A DNA stretch of 64,000 nucleotides from Thermoprotei archaeon (GCA_003649205.1 QMRC01000005.1:32001-96000), one strand, 5' to 3'. Positions 9,438 to 19,928 are shown, numbered from the stretch's first letter. Translations and numbers: made by a program. Notes: a model not told the origin generated them from the sequence alone.

Positions 9438-9495
9438 CTCAGAATTAAGCTATTTTTACGTAAGGAGGAGGTTAAGGGTGCTTGAGTTAGTTGTG

Positions 9496-10434
9496 CTACT
9501 TAATCAGTTCTGGGTACCTCCATACGCTATCTGCTGCTACTGTTGCCACTATCTTACCTGGACCAAGTTCCTTAGCTATTTCAAGTGCTACGTAGATGTT
9601 TGCTCCAGTCGATGGTCCTGCTAAGATACCTTCCTCCCTAATAACCTTCCTTATTGTATCTATAGCAACCTCCTGACTAACCTCAATTACTCTATCAATG
9701 ATGTGTCTATTGTTGTTGAAGAGTGGTGGTACTAGGGATTCAGCAAGACCCTCAATGTGTTCACCTAATCTACCACCTACAACAGGTGAACCCTTAGGGA
9801 CTATAGCTACCAGAAGTACATCACCCTTCCTCTCCCGTAAGTACTTACCAACACCAATGATTGTACCACCAGTACCAACACCCATAACAAAAGCATCAAC
9901 TCTACCACCTAGCTGCTTCCATAGCTCTGGTCCTGTTGTCTCGTAGTGTGCTCTCATGTTTGCTACGTTACTGTACTGATCGAGGAAAACACCACCTAGT
10001 TCCTCAGCTAGTTTCCTAGCTACGTTCCTACAGTTCTGTGGATGGTCTTGAGGTACATTAGGGGTCTCAACTAGCTCTGCACCTAGTGCTCTTAGTAGTG
10101 CTTTCTTGCTCTCAGCTGTGTTCTCAGGCACAACAATGATACACCTTAACCCAAGTACCTTACATACCCAAGCAATTGAGATTCCTGTATTTCCACTAGA
10201 TGCCTCTATTACAGGAGTGTTCTCCTTAATCAACCCCCTCTCTACAGCGTCCTTAATCATGTAGAGAGCAATTCTATCCTTGTGGCTTCCTGTTGGATTT
10301 AGGTACTCTAACTTAACGTATACACGGGCCATCTTACTTGGATCAACGAGTTTCCTCAATTCAATTACTGGTGTGTTTCCAATTATGTTACTTAGTTCAC
10401 GTAATCTCTCGTAGAGGGTTCCTCTACTTGACAC
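9496..10434 (-). CDS. PLP-dependent cysteine synthase / cystathionine beta-synthase family
   Basis: NPTGSHKDR, EASSGNTG, DQYSN, GVGTGGT, GPSTGAN. Confidence 0.92.
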   Translation of the reverse strand: MSSRGTLYERLRELSNIIGNTPVIELRKLVDPSKMARVYVKLEYLNPTGSHKDRIALYMIKDAVERGLIKENTPVIEASSGNTGISIAWVCKVLGLRCIIVVPENTAESKKALLRALGAELVETPNVPQDHPQNCRNVARKLAEELGGVFLDQYSNVANMRAHYETTGPELWKQLGGRVDAFVMGVGTGGTIIGVGKYLRERKGDVLLVAIVPKGSPVVGGRLGEHIEGLAESLVPPLFNNNRHIIDRVIEVSQEVAIDTIRKVIREEGILAGPSTGANIYVALEIAKELGPGKIVATVAADSVWRYPELIK

Positions 10435-10559
10435 AAGTTCATCACCTACCGTTGTGACCTCGTTGATCGAATATATTACTTCACCAGGTTACTAAGTTCC
10501 TCTCCAGGAGAAAATGTATAAGGTACTATTGAGGGGAGTAATACTGGTGAAGTCAATAC

Positions 10560-10856
10560 ATGGTTGAGAAGTTTAAACGAGTTCTCTCATCAATAAGAGA
10601 AGTTGTGTCTGGTGTCTTTAGTGGTTTTGCTGAAGCTGGTGCTCTGGATGCTGTTGAGCTTGAGTGTAGTGAGTACGAGCATGTATTCCTCCTCCTACTC
10701 TTTGGCTCTCTCATAGGAATTCCCTCACCACCATTAACCCTAACTCTTAGGTTGTTACCACACATCGTTGATGAGTTGAGAGTACTTGAGCAGAGAAGTA
10801 GGAGAGCATCTGACATGATTGCTGATTTAGTATCCTCTCTGGGGCTTGAGCTATGA
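10560..10856 (+). CDS. Small CstA/ArsA-associated protein (resembles cory-CC-star type)
   Basis: EYEHVFLLLLFGSLIGIPSP core; ATGA overlap with the ArsA gene. Confidence 0.6.
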   Translation: MVEKFKRVLSSIREVVSGVFSGFAEAGALDAVELECSEYEHVFLLLLFGSLIGIPSPPLTLTLRLLPHIVDELRVLEQRSRRASDMIADLVSSLGLEL

Positions 10857-11803
10857 GCTTTAGATCAGTAATCGAACCAGGTAAGGAGAGACCCTGTACA
10901 CTGCTTATCTGTGGTAAAGGTGGTGTGGGTAAGACTACAGTAGCTGCTGCACTATCACTCTACCTAAGTAAGCAAGGTTACAAGGTTGCAACGATAAGTC
11001 TTGACCCTGCAAGACATCTAGGTTCTGTCTACGGAGTTAGGTTAAGTGAAGAACTCAAAGAAATTGAACGAAACCTATACGCTGCTGAGATCGATGTTGA
11101 GAAAGTGATTAGGAAACATCTAGAGAGCATAGTCAATACGATTAAGTCTACTTACAGGTACCTCACGGCGCTAAACCTAGATAGGTACATTGATGTTCTT
11201 CGTTACTCACCTGGTGTTGAGGAGGAGGCTATGATGGAGTACATGGCTAGCTTCATGAATAGGGAGGAATTTGATGTTATTATCTTCGATACACCACCAA
11301 CAGGTCTCACCATGAGGATACTTCTCCTACCCACAATCTACTTAACCTGGTTAGATAGGTTAATCGACATTAGGAGCAAGATCGTTGGCTATAGAGAAGC
11401 TATTGAGAGGTTGAGAGGAAGAAGAGTTGAGCTTAGAGACTCCATTTTGGAGGAGTTACTGAGGTTACGGGAGAGGATTACTAGTGTTAGGTCATGGTTG
11501 TCAAATCCAGAATCTACTAGATTAATATTTGTGGTTACCCCTGAGCTACTTCCTATAGATGAAGCTGTGAGGTGTAGGGAGGTCTTGAAGAGCGTTGGAA
11601 TTGAGGTAATGGGTGTTGTGGTGAATAAGGTCGTTCCTGAGAATTTACTCAGTAAGGTACCTCTATTTAAACAACAAAGAGAATGTCTCAATATCGTGAG
11701 AAAGTACTTTCAAAACATACCTATCGTCGAGGTACCTCTATTGGAGCGAGATATCAGGGGTTTTGAGATGCTGAGTGAATTTGTTAAGTACTTACTTAGT
11801 TAG
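10853..11803 (+). CDS. ArsA/Get3-family ATPase (single domain)
   Basis: GKGGVGKTT, SLDPA, SPGVEE, FDTPPTG, VVNK. Confidence 0.92.
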   Translation: MSFRSVIEPGKERPCTLLICGKGGVGKTTVAAALSLYLSKQGYKVATISLDPARHLGSVYGVRLSEELKEIERNLYAAEIDVEKVIRKHLESIVNTIKSTYRYLTALNLDRYIDVLRYSPGVEEEAMMEYMASFMNREEFDVIIFDTPPTGLTMRILLLPTIYLTWLDRLIDIRSKIVGYREAIERLRGRRVELRDSILEELLRLRERITSVRSWLSNPESTRLIFVVTPELLPIDEAVRCREVLKSVGIEVMGVVVNKVVPENLLSKVPLFKQQRECLNIVRKYFQNIPIVEVPLLERDIRGFEMLSEFVKYLLS

Positions 11804-11841
11804 AAGAGAAAGGAGAAGGTATTTAGAGAGAAGGAAGGACT

Positions 11842-13539
11842 TTAGGATGATAACTTACGATACCTCCTTATTGATGCTATCACCTCACCTAGTAGTGCGA
11901 AGTTTAGCGCTAAGCTTATTCCAATTATAATTGCCGCACCAACAACTGATGGCGAAGCTATTCTCGGTGGTGCAAACCAACCTAGCCACCAGATTAGTGC
12001 TCCTGTTACTGTTATCCATAGGAAGAACGCTGGTACGAATGCTAGTAGTGATGGTCCTCTTGGTGCTCTCAGTACTCCATAAATCCACGTAGCTGTTGTT
12101 ATGAGTGCTAGTGAAGCTAGTAGCTGATTCATACCACCGAAAGCACCCCACAGCACCTTGTACGCTGGTACCCAGGCCTTTAGTGTAGGTTCGTAGATCT
12201 TTGGATAACCTAGTGCAAAGCTTAGTAGTGCAGCTATAAGTGATGCCACTACTCTATTCGCTAGCACCTTATATGCAGTAGCGTACTTCTTGATTGGCTC
12301 CATCAACTCAACCCATATATACCTCGCTAACCTTAGGTCAGTATCCAGTGTTGTTGTTACGAAAGATGTTAACCAAATACCTGCCCATAGAGTGCCAAAC
12401 GCTGCTGGTAGTCCAAGACCATACTGTAGCGCTAATCCGTAAGCCTTGAGGAATCCACCTAAACCTGCCTCAATTTTACCAGTTACCCAGAAAGCCGCCA
12501 TTGATGTGACAACTATTGTCGATAGGTAGCCTTCACTAAACATACCACCGTAACCAACGAGTAGTGCATCTAACTCATTAGCTAGCTGCTTCGATGATGT
12601 ACCTGATGAGACTAGTGAGTGGAAGCCAGATAGTGCACCACACGCGATGTACAGCGGTACGCATGGCCAGAATGGACCTCTCATTGGGTGTACCAGTGTC
12701 AGTACTGGTGCTTGTTCAATTGGTTTGAAACCTGCTATTAGTGCTGCTGTACCGAATATCAAACCAGTCCATAGGATTAACATCTGTATGAAGTCTCTTG
12801 GCTGTAGTAGGTACCAGACAGGTAACCAAGATGCGAGGAATGCGTATATCGTCATTACTATGATCCAGGTCTCGTATGGTAACTTCAGTGGTATGAAGTA
12901 TGCGTATATGACTATCGCCCACAGCAGTACGTATCCAATTATCGTCGTTGTCCTTATACTAAGACCTACCCTATAGAGTAGCATTCCAAGGAGTAGACCA
13001 AGTGGTATGAAGAGAATCTCCTGTGTTGCTGTTCCGGGTACATTGACGAATACTGTTGCACAGACACTTAGGAACGCAGCTGCAATTAGTATCAATGTGA
13101 AGTATATGTATATTGCGAAGATGTACCTAGCTCTCTTACTAATTATCTTCTCGGTAATATAGGCAATTGACATACCGTCGTATCTTACAGATGCCATTAA
13201 TGCTAGGTAGTCGTGTACTGCACCTATGAACACGTTACCGAACCAAATCCATATGAGGCAAGGCAACCATCCATAGACCATGGCTATTGCCGGACCTACG
13301 ATGGGTCCAGCACCTGCAATGCTAGCGAAGTGATGTCCGTATAGTACGTACTTGTTAGCTGGTACATAGTCGATACCATCAAACCTAGTCCATGCAGGTG
13401 TCAATCTTGTTGGATCAGCTCTGACAACTCTTCTCTCCAATAACTTTCTCCCATAGAGTACGTAGCAGACTACATAGATTATGATGGCAAGGATTACGAG
13501 GAGAGCAGAGTTAACTATAGTGAATCCCACATACCTCAC
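11842..13539 (-). CDS. cstA: Carbon starvation protein A family transporter
   Basis: DGIDYVP, GHHFASIAGAGPIVGP, WYLLQPRD, IACGALSGFHSLVSSGTSSKQL. Confidence 0.95.
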   Translation of the reverse strand: MRYVGFTIVNSALLVILAIIIYVVCYVLYGRKLLERRVVRADPTRLTPAWTRFDGIDYVPANKYVLYGHHFASIAGAGPIVGPAIAMVYGWLPCLIWIWFGNVFIGAVHDYLALMASVRYDGMSIAYITEKIISKRARYIFAIYIYFTLILIAAAFLSVCATVFVNVPGTATQEILFIPLGLLLGMLLYRVGLSIRTTTIIGYVLLWAIVIYAYFIPLKLPYETWIIVMTIYAFLASWLPVWYLLQPRDFIQMLILWTGLIFGTAALIAGFKPIEQAPVLTLVHPMRGPFWPCVPLYIACGALSGFHSLVSSGTSSKQLANELDALLVGYGGMFSEGYLSTIVVTSMAAFWVTGKIEAGLGGFLKAYGLALQYGLGLPAAFGTLWAGIWLTSFVTTTLDTDLRLARYIWVELMEPIKKYATAYKVLANRVVASLIAALLSFALGYPKIYEPTLKAWVPAYKVLWGAFGGMNQLLASLALITTATWIYGVLRAPRGPSLLAFVPAFFLWITVTGALIWWLGWFAPPRIASPSVVGAAIIIGISLALNFALLGEVIASIRRYRKLSS

Positions 13540-13793
13540 CTCTCAGCTCTCTTTAACCTAGCTACTTCAGCTCTAACCCTCTCGAGAACGGTCCTAGGTA
13601 CTTCTCCGTACCAAAGCCAAGGACCAATCATTACGCAAAGCCACCCTATGGTAGCTACGTATGCTGTAGCACTGACTATTGAACCTGTTAACCCACCAAT
13701 AGCAATTGCATATGCAACGAGAATTGCTCCGATTATGGTAAGTGCCATGCCGAAGTATCTCCTACCTCTCTCTACCTGGGTGACTGTAGTCAA
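13536..13793 (-). CDS. Small two-helix membrane protein upstream of cstA
   Basis: Two hydrophobic segments; abuts/overlaps the cstA start. Confidence 0.65.
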   Translation of the reverse strand: MTTVTQVERGRRYFGMALTIIGAILVAYAIAIGGLTGSIVSATAYVATIGWLCVMIGPWLWYGEVPRTVLERVRAEVARLKRAER

Positions 13794-13884
13794 GTATACC
13801 CCTCGGTAAGTGTCTCAACGCTAATTTTTATCTATTTTCAATTTCTGAAAAGACTGTAGTTGTAGGTATACGTGGTGTTGCATC

Positions 13885-14538
13885 ATGATTGAGGGCTTAA
13901 TGTTGTTGGTTGTTGCTGTCGTTGCTGTAGCTACTGTTGTTGTGTATTTTCGTGGTAGGAGGATCAATCTAGTATTGATGAGGGATTTCATTGTTAAGAT
14001 GGAGAATTTATTTGAACCAAGTGATAAGGAGTATGTTCTGCTTGGTTACTTAGTTGGTTTCAAAGCGAAGTTCAAGGTCATGAGGTGGAACATCTCTGAT
14101 ATTACTTGGATGCTAACTCTTCTGCCGAGACAGAGCTTACTATACTACCCCATATCTAAGCTCACCTCTAAATTTGATAGACTCTACATATCTGCTCGCT
14201 TAGTTTTCGGTCCTAGAGCTACTGTTCACTTAATTAGTAGTGATGTGTATCGTAAGGTTATTCACCAGATTAAGGAAGCCTCGTACCTTAGTCACGTGAC
14301 CACCACTATTGGTGGTAAGGTGTTTCACGTGCTGTATGATGATGCTAGGTTTAGGGATGAGGTGCTAGACGTTATTGAGAGGTGTTTTGGTGGTGATTTG
14401 AGGTATTTGAAGCATCTTGCTGTGAATAGGGAGTACAGGAATATCTATGTGTTCTCTGAAGCTAGGCTTGAGGTCTTGGGTGCTGTCGCTGACTTCATTA
14501 AGGTTCTTGCATCTTCTCTAGTTCCGAGAGGTGTGTGA
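13885..14538 (+). CDS. Hypothetical protein with N-terminal membrane anchor
   Basis: N-terminal hydrophobic helix followed by RGRR; divergent from cstA. Confidence 0.7.
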   Translation: MIEGLMLLVVAVVAVATVVVYFRGRRINLVLMRDFIVKMENLFEPSDKEYVLLGYLVGFKAKFKVMRWNISDITWMLTLLPRQSLLYYPISKLTSKFDRLYISARLVFGPRATVHLISSDVYRKVIHQIKEASYLSHVTTTIGGKVFHVLYDDARFRDEVLDVIERCFGGDLRYLKHLAVNREYRNIYVFSEARLEVLGAVADFIKVLASSLVPRGV

Positions 14539-14641
14539 TTTCAGTTTCGGGGACTTAATCATCGGTCATCCAGTATGCCCCTTCATCACCGCTGTGAGGT
14601 TTATATGCCGTCTCTATTATGCTTTTTCGTTGGTGTTGTGT

Positions 14642-15007
14642 ATGAGTGTTGAGAAGCTACTGTGGAAGTTTGTTCGTTGTTGTGTCAATAGAGCTTTTGC
14701 AAATATTGATCTCAAGAGGTTGGAAGGTGATGAGAGGTTCACGTTTGAGAATCTACTTGATGAGTTGAGGAGTAGTGAGCAGAATTGGAGGAGTATTACT
14801 GATTTCATAAACTTCGTGACTAAGGACTTTGAGAGCATATACATCAGGTACAGAGATAAGTTCAGGGACCCTAAGATCATTGATGAATTCTTCCTCAATA
14901 TCATTAGGTTTTTGCTGGAGTTAGATGAGGTGAAGTACTTACCTGACTTAGTACATAGTGTTCGTGTACTTGAGAACAAGATAAGGGAGAACTTAGAAAA
15001 GTACTGA
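14642..15007 (+). CDS. Hypothetical helical protein (ORF track extends to 14531)
   Basis: ATG at 14642 (MSVEKLLWK) after GGTG; charged helical composition. Confidence 0.6.
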   Translation: MSVEKLLWKFVRCCVNRAFANIDLKRLEGDERFTFENLLDELRSSEQNWRSITDFINFVTKDFESIYIRYRDKFRDPKIIDEFFLNIIRFLLELDEVKYLPDLVHSVRVLENKIRENLEKY

Positions 15008-15032
15008 GGTACGTGATTTACGGGGGATTATC

Positions 15033-16151
15033 ATGAGTGAGGACTTCAACTACATGGTTGATGCTCTCAAGATGTTGGCTGAGGCATTTGGCCCTTCAGG
15101 TCACGAGGATGAAGTTCGTGAACTGGTTGTAGCTGAGTTGAAGAAGTTCTGTAGTAAGGTGCTTATCGATACTTGGGGTAATGTAATTGCTGTGAGGTAT
15201 GGTAGGAGGGAAGACCTTAAGTTGATGATTGCGGCTCACATGGATGAGATTGCACTAATGGTCAAAGCCATAGAGAAGAATGGCTTTATTCGATTTACTG
15301 GTATTGGTGGTTGGAGTGATAGAGTTCTTCCTGGTCAACGTGTTGTAATTAGGACTAGAGATGGTAGGAAGATCTATGGTGTTATTGGTGCGAAGCCTCC
15401 TCACGTAATGACACCTGAGGAGGAGGAGAAGAAGGTTATTGAGATGAAGGATCTATTCATTGATGTTGGTGCGTCGAGTGCTGAGGAGGTTAGGAAGTTA
15501 GGTATTGAGATTGGTTGTGTAGCTGTGATGGATAGGGACTTCAAGGTACTCGGTAATGGTAAGGTAGCTACCTGTAAGGCATTCGATGATCGTGTTGGTG
15601 TTGCAGTTATGTTGACGGCAGCTAGGTTGCTCAAGAATGTAGATACTGAGGTGTCGATATACTTCGTAGCTACGGTACAGGAGGAGGTTGGTCTTAGAGG
15701 TGCTATGGTATCTGCGTACAGGATTGAACCGAATATCGGTATTGCAATTGACGTTACTGTAGCTGGTGATGTACCTGGAGCACCTGAATCAGAATTCGTT
15801 GTGAGGTTGGGGAGGGGACCTGCTATAAAGGTTATGGATAGAGCTAGATTAGCTCCACTAGGTCTAATAGCCCATCCCAAGGTTAAGGACTTCCTGATTA
15901 AGGTAGCTGAGGAGGAGAAGATACCTTACCAGCTAGAGGTACTTGTTGGAGGTACCACGGATGCTGCAGCAATAGCCTTCACCAGAGGAGGTGTTCCAGC
16001 TGGTGTAGTATCTATACCGACACGCTACGTCCATAGTCCAGTAGAGGTTATCTCACTCGAAGATGCATTCAACGCCGCTAAATTGGTAGCAGCTGCAGCG
16101 AGGAGAGTAGATGAGTCGCTAGTACGTGAGGTATCTCTAAGGGAAGTATAG
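15033..16151 (+). CDS. M42 family (TET) aminopeptidase
   Basis: GPSGHE, AAHMDEI, KAFDDR, QEEVGLRGA, GGTTDA, RYVHSP. Confidence 0.95.
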   Translation: MSEDFNYMVDALKMLAEAFGPSGHEDEVRELVVAELKKFCSKVLIDTWGNVIAVRYGRREDLKLMIAAHMDEIALMVKAIEKNGFIRFTGIGGWSDRVLPGQRVVIRTRDGRKIYGVIGAKPPHVMTPEEEEKKVIEMKDLFIDVGASSAEEVRKLGIEIGCVAVMDRDFKVLGNGKVATCKAFDDRVGVAVMLTAARLLKNVDTEVSIYFVATVQEEVGLRGAMVSAYRIEPNIGIAIDVTVAGDVPGAPESEFVVRLGRGPAIKVMDRARLAPLGLIAHPKVKDFLIKVAEEEKIPYQLEVLVGGTTDAAAIAFTRGGVPAGVVSIPTRYVHSPVEVISLEDAFNAAKLVAAAARRVDESLVREVSLREV

Positions 16152-16239
16152 CTCAGTTCCTCCTCAATGTCTTTTACTTCATGAATTACTTTATGAGACC
16201 CCAATAATGCAACGTGAAACACGTTGTATGGGGTACTAG

Positions 16240-17964
16240 TTGAGCAGATATCTAGTACAGGAAACCGTACTTAGGGAGCTACTCAGTAGCGATGCTAAGG
16301 TCATTACTTTGCGCGCATATCCGGGCTTTGGTAAGACCTACCTAGCTCTTAGGTTAGCTAGGGAGGAGTACCGTAGAGGATCTAAAAAGGTCTTACTAGT
16401 CACGAAGACACATGCTGAGATTGAGCACATAGTGTCTCTTGCCGAAGCTCAGGACCTGAGAGAGCTTATACCTCTTCGTGGTAGGAGTGTTCTCTGTCCA
16501 TACGCTAGTGAGTTCTGTACAGCGACTACGTGTATGGTATTGAGGACTAGAGCAGTATGTAGACTACGTCTAGCGGTAGACCTTGATACTATGAGTTCAC
16601 TAGACGTGTGCTCTATACCTAAGAAGCTTAATCAGTACGTGCGGTATTGTTGCGAGCTTGGTGTGTGTCCGTATGAGCTTCAGTGGGTGGTGTCGGATAA
16701 GGTACCTATCATAGTCTGTACCTACTCAACACTCGTAAATCCTGAGTCTTGGGGCTTGATTGTGAAGTTGCTTGAGAGATCCAGACCTGTTACCATTATC
16801 ATGGACGAAGCTCACAACGTACTTCTAGCTGAGTCCAGTACTCAACTAAATGCAGATGCGTTGGAGCACGAGATAAGAGGTAAATTACCGTTAAATCCAG
16901 CAATTAAAGATAGCTTGCTCAAGCTAACTTACTACCTCAAGAGAGGTGACCTAGGTAAAGCCATATCGCTTATACAGCTCTCCCCTTCAAAGCTAAGGAG
17001 GGAGGTTCAGAAGATAGCTGCTCTTACGAGTCTTAGGCAATTACCGAACCTACTCTCAATACTCGATGATTTATTTGCAGCACCTAGCTATGCTTGCGTA
17101 CTCGTATCCGGTAGCAGAGTTCAGGTAGTTGTACCGAAGGTACATGTCCTCCTAAAGGTGCTTCAACTCTGCGATAAGGTGTATCTGCTCTCTGCCTCAT
17201 TACCTATGTTTGCTCTCAATTTTATTGGTCAGGTACTTGGTTCTCAGGTAAAGGTAGTTGATGTAGATGCTCCTCTAGAGAGTATTCGTGGTTTAAAGTT
17301 GGTCTGCGTTAGAGGTGTAACAACGAAGTTTAGTAGAAGATTTAGTGAGAAGACTATTGAGGTGTTAACGAAGATCTTGGTCACATCCATAAACTCGTCA
17401 TCTAGTGTTGGTGGGAGAGTTATCTTCTTCTGTAGTTTCGACTTAATGAACTATCTAGTACGTAGGGGTTTGAAGCAGATACTCGATGCAGATACGATAG
17501 TTGAGGATGATCCTAATCTAGATACTAGGGAACGAGTTTCGTTGATAGAGGAGTTCAGGGATAGGGCTCGAAGGGAGAAAGCAGTCTTACTAACGTCAAT
17601 TCACTCCATTTTAAGTGAAGGAGTCGACTTTAGAGGTCTCGAATTAGTAGAGGCTATTCTAGTAGGCTTCCCCTTTTCACATCACGTAGATGTACTGAGA
17701 AGAAGGGTAAAGTACTTCAAGGACCTTGGTGCTAGTAGACCTGTACTACTAGCTCTCCTCCTACCAGCAATAGCGGCTACGGTGCAGGCTATTGGGAGGC
17801 TTATGAGGGACACTGAGAGAATTAAGAAGTTGGGGATTCTCGTGGATGAGCGATTTTACTCATATAGGAAACTACTACCGAAGTGGATTAGGAAGAAGTT
17901 GGTGTTCATGCCGCCATCGCCAAGTAAGCTAGCTCACGTAGTATTCTGGACCATAGGTCCCTAG
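16240..17964 (+). CDS. XPD/Rad3/DinG-family SF2 helicase with Fe-S-type cysteines
   Basis: AYPGFGKT, GRSVLCP...CPYE, DEAHN, SAS, SEGVDF, QAIGRLMR, DERF. Confidence 0.88.
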   Translation: MSRYLVQETVLRELLSSDAKVITLRAYPGFGKTYLALRLAREEYRRGSKKVLLVTKTHAEIEHIVSLAEAQDLRELIPLRGRSVLCPYASEFCTATTCMVLRTRAVCRLRLAVDLDTMSSLDVCSIPKKLNQYVRYCCELGVCPYELQWVVSDKVPIIVCTYSTLVNPESWGLIVKLLERSRPVTIIMDEAHNVLLAESSTQLNADALEHEIRGKLPLNPAIKDSLLKLTYYLKRGDLGKAISLIQLSPSKLRREVQKIAALTSLRQLPNLLSILDDLFAAPSYACVLVSGSRVQVVVPKVHVLLKVLQLCDKVYLLSASLPMFALNFIGQVLGSQVKVVDVDAPLESIRGLKLVCVRGVTTKFSRRFSEKTIEVLTKILVTSINSSSSVGGRVIFFCSFDLMNYLVRRGLKQILDADTIVEDDPNLDTRERVSLIEEFRDRARREKAVLLTSIHSILSEGVDFRGLELVEAILVGFPFSHHVDVLRRRVKYFKDLGASRPVLLALLLPAIAATVQAIGRLMRDTERIKKLGILVDERFYSYRKLLPKWIRKKLVFMPPSPSKLAHVVFWTIGP

Positions 17965-17966
17965 AG

Positions 17967-19259
17967 GTGGTGACTATGAACATCAGAGTCGTAGTGGCCT
18001 TAAGCTACCTCGCTATCCTTCTGATCATACTGTATGGTGGTAGTGCTGGCATCAGCCTAGAGAATGTAGCTTCACTTCTCACTAGCTCACTAGCGCCAGT
18101 ACTAGTAACACTTGTGCTAACTACACTAGCTATTCCTGCACTCACCCTCACGGGTAGAGTACTGGGATTGGGTAAGAGAGTAAGTGTATTGCTGGGGTTT
18201 GCTGGTTTAAGACCATACTTTCTGAGCTTGATGAGACACATAATAGTCATTGGTGCTACGAGAACAGGTAAGACAACGACAGTTAAGAGGATTGTTAAGC
18301 AAGTTCGGAGTAAGTACAGAGGTTGTTTTGTACTGGTTTTGGATTGGCACGGTGAGTACAGTGATCTTGGTCTAAACTACGTGACACCAGAGGAATTAAG
18401 AATTGAGTTAGATAAAGTTCCTCTTGAGGTACTTGTTGAGGCATTGAGCACTGCCCTAGATCTCTCAGATGCATCTCTACTGTTGCTGTACAGAGCTCTG
18501 AAGAGGGTTGAGACGAGGAGTATAGACGACGTTATTAGAGCTGTTGAGATGTATGAAGTGACCTCGAGGGCAGAGATTGAGATGAAAGCAGCAATACTTA
18601 GAAGGCTTGAACTACTTAGGGACATACTCACGAGAACAAGTTCAAATGCTACATCTTTCACCAATGTACTCAGTACCTGTCAAGGGCTTGTACTCGATCT
18701 ATCAAATTTATCAACCCTTGAGGAGAAGAGAGTTTACTCAACGTTAATACTGACACTACTGTACTCGCACATCATTGAGCAGGGATTTACCTCAGATATT
18801 AGGTACCTAGTAGTTATTGAGGAGGCACAGAACTTACTACCTCAGAGAGGTGAAGGTGTTAAGAGATTCAGCGTGATAGAGCACTTAGTTCTCGAGACAG
18901 CTAAGTTCGGTTGCAGGTGTATTCTCGTCATGAATACATTACCACCACCACACATAGCTAGACACAGTACATTAATATTCACGCCAATGCACGTAGAGAT
19001 TTTAGAGCAATCTCCATTGAGGATATCGCAGGAACTCGTTAATTTGCTTCAAAGCCTTAAGGTTGGTGAAGTTCTAGTAGTTGATGTCTCAGGTTGTAGT
19101 AAGGTGAAGGTAATTAGTGAAGGTAGTGCTAGACCGTATAGGATTGTTGCTAGAAAATCCAGAGAAGTCTCTATGGAGGAGAAATACGAAGTCCATTCTC
19201 ATGAGGAGGTTAATACTGTTAGTGAGGTACCTAGTGAAGACATTGAGGTGGAGATCTAA
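17967..19259 (+). CDS. Membrane-anchored HerA/VirB4-like ATPase (DUF87 type)
   Basis: Two N-terminal hydrophobic helices; HIIVIGATRTGKTT, LDWHGEY, VIEEAQNL. Confidence 0.8.
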   Translation: MVTMNIRVVVALSYLAILLIILYGGSAGISLENVASLLTSSLAPVLVTLVLTTLAIPALTLTGRVLGLGKRVSVLLGFAGLRPYFLSLMRHIIVIGATRTGKTTTVKRIVKQVRSKYRGCFVLVLDWHGEYSDLGLNYVTPEELRIELDKVPLEVLVEALSTALDLSDASLLLLYRALKRVETRSIDDVIRAVEMYEVTSRAEIEMKAAILRRLELLRDILTRTSSNATSFTNVLSTCQGLVLDLSNLSTLEEKRVYSTLILTLLYSHIIEQGFTSDIRYLVVIEEAQNLLPQRGEGVKRFSVIEHLVLETAKFGCRCILVMNTLPPPHIARHSTLIFTPMHVEILEQSPLRISQELVNLLQSLKVGEVLVVDVSGCSKVKVISEGSARPYRIVARKSREVSMEEKYEVHSHEEVNTVSEVPSEDIEVEI

Positions 19260-19801
19260 TGAGTAGAGTAAGTTTGAGGAGCATCGTCTTTGCTCTATTG
19301 AAGTACGGTGTTCCACCTAGCACTGTTGAGAAGGTTCTTAGGGAATGTATTGGTGATGATGAGGCCTTAACCAAGGCACTTAGCTATATTGAGGAGTACA
19401 GAAGACTGAATCCTGTTTCATCTAATGTTGTTTACTCGAGTATTCCAGATGTTCAGAAGCTTCGTGAGAGAATTGAGTTTGTTTTTCAGGAGGTTAAGGG
19501 TAAGGTTGATAGACTTGATGAATCTGTCTCTGCGCTTCAGAGAACAGTTGATAGGTTGCTTGATGATCTTGCAAACCTCATACAGAGAGTTCAAGTCCTT
19601 GAAAGTAGAGTCAATACTGTTGAGGTTTTGAGGAAGAAGGTTGAGGAGTTGAGTAGAGTTGTTGAAGTTCTTGAGAAGCAAGTTGGTAAGTTCGATTCCT
19701 GGATTCGTGGTGTTGATGAGAAGTTGAAGTTGTTTGAAGCATCAATAATTGAGAGGGTAAGTAAGGTGATTGAGGAGAGGGAGGAGGGATCAGAGGGATA
19801 A
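19259..19801 (+). CDS. Coiled-coil protein with small N-terminal helical domain
   Basis: Long heptad pattern from VQKLRERIE to the C-terminus; TAATG coupling to the ATPase gene. Confidence 0.75.
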   Translation: MSRVSLRSIVFALLKYGVPPSTVEKVLRECIGDDEALTKALSYIEEYRRLNPVSSNVVYSSIPDVQKLRERIEFVFQEVKGKVDRLDESVSALQRTVDRLLDDLANLIQRVQVLESRVNTVEVLRKKVEELSRVVEVLEKQVGKFDSWIRGVDEKLKLFEASIIERVSKVIEEREEGSEG

Positions 19802-19928
19802 GGGCTTCCTCACTAATCAGCTCCCCAAAAACTCATCACTATAGCAACAGCGTGGTAACTACCTAGCGGTCAGTTGGAATGCCCTTCCTCACTACTCGGT
19901 TTAGGCGTAATTCCTCATCCCAAGAAAT

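Noticed and set aside
10853-11803. Arsenic-resistance operon
   Set aside because: No arsB/acr3/arsC/arsD/arsR nearby; context is cstA
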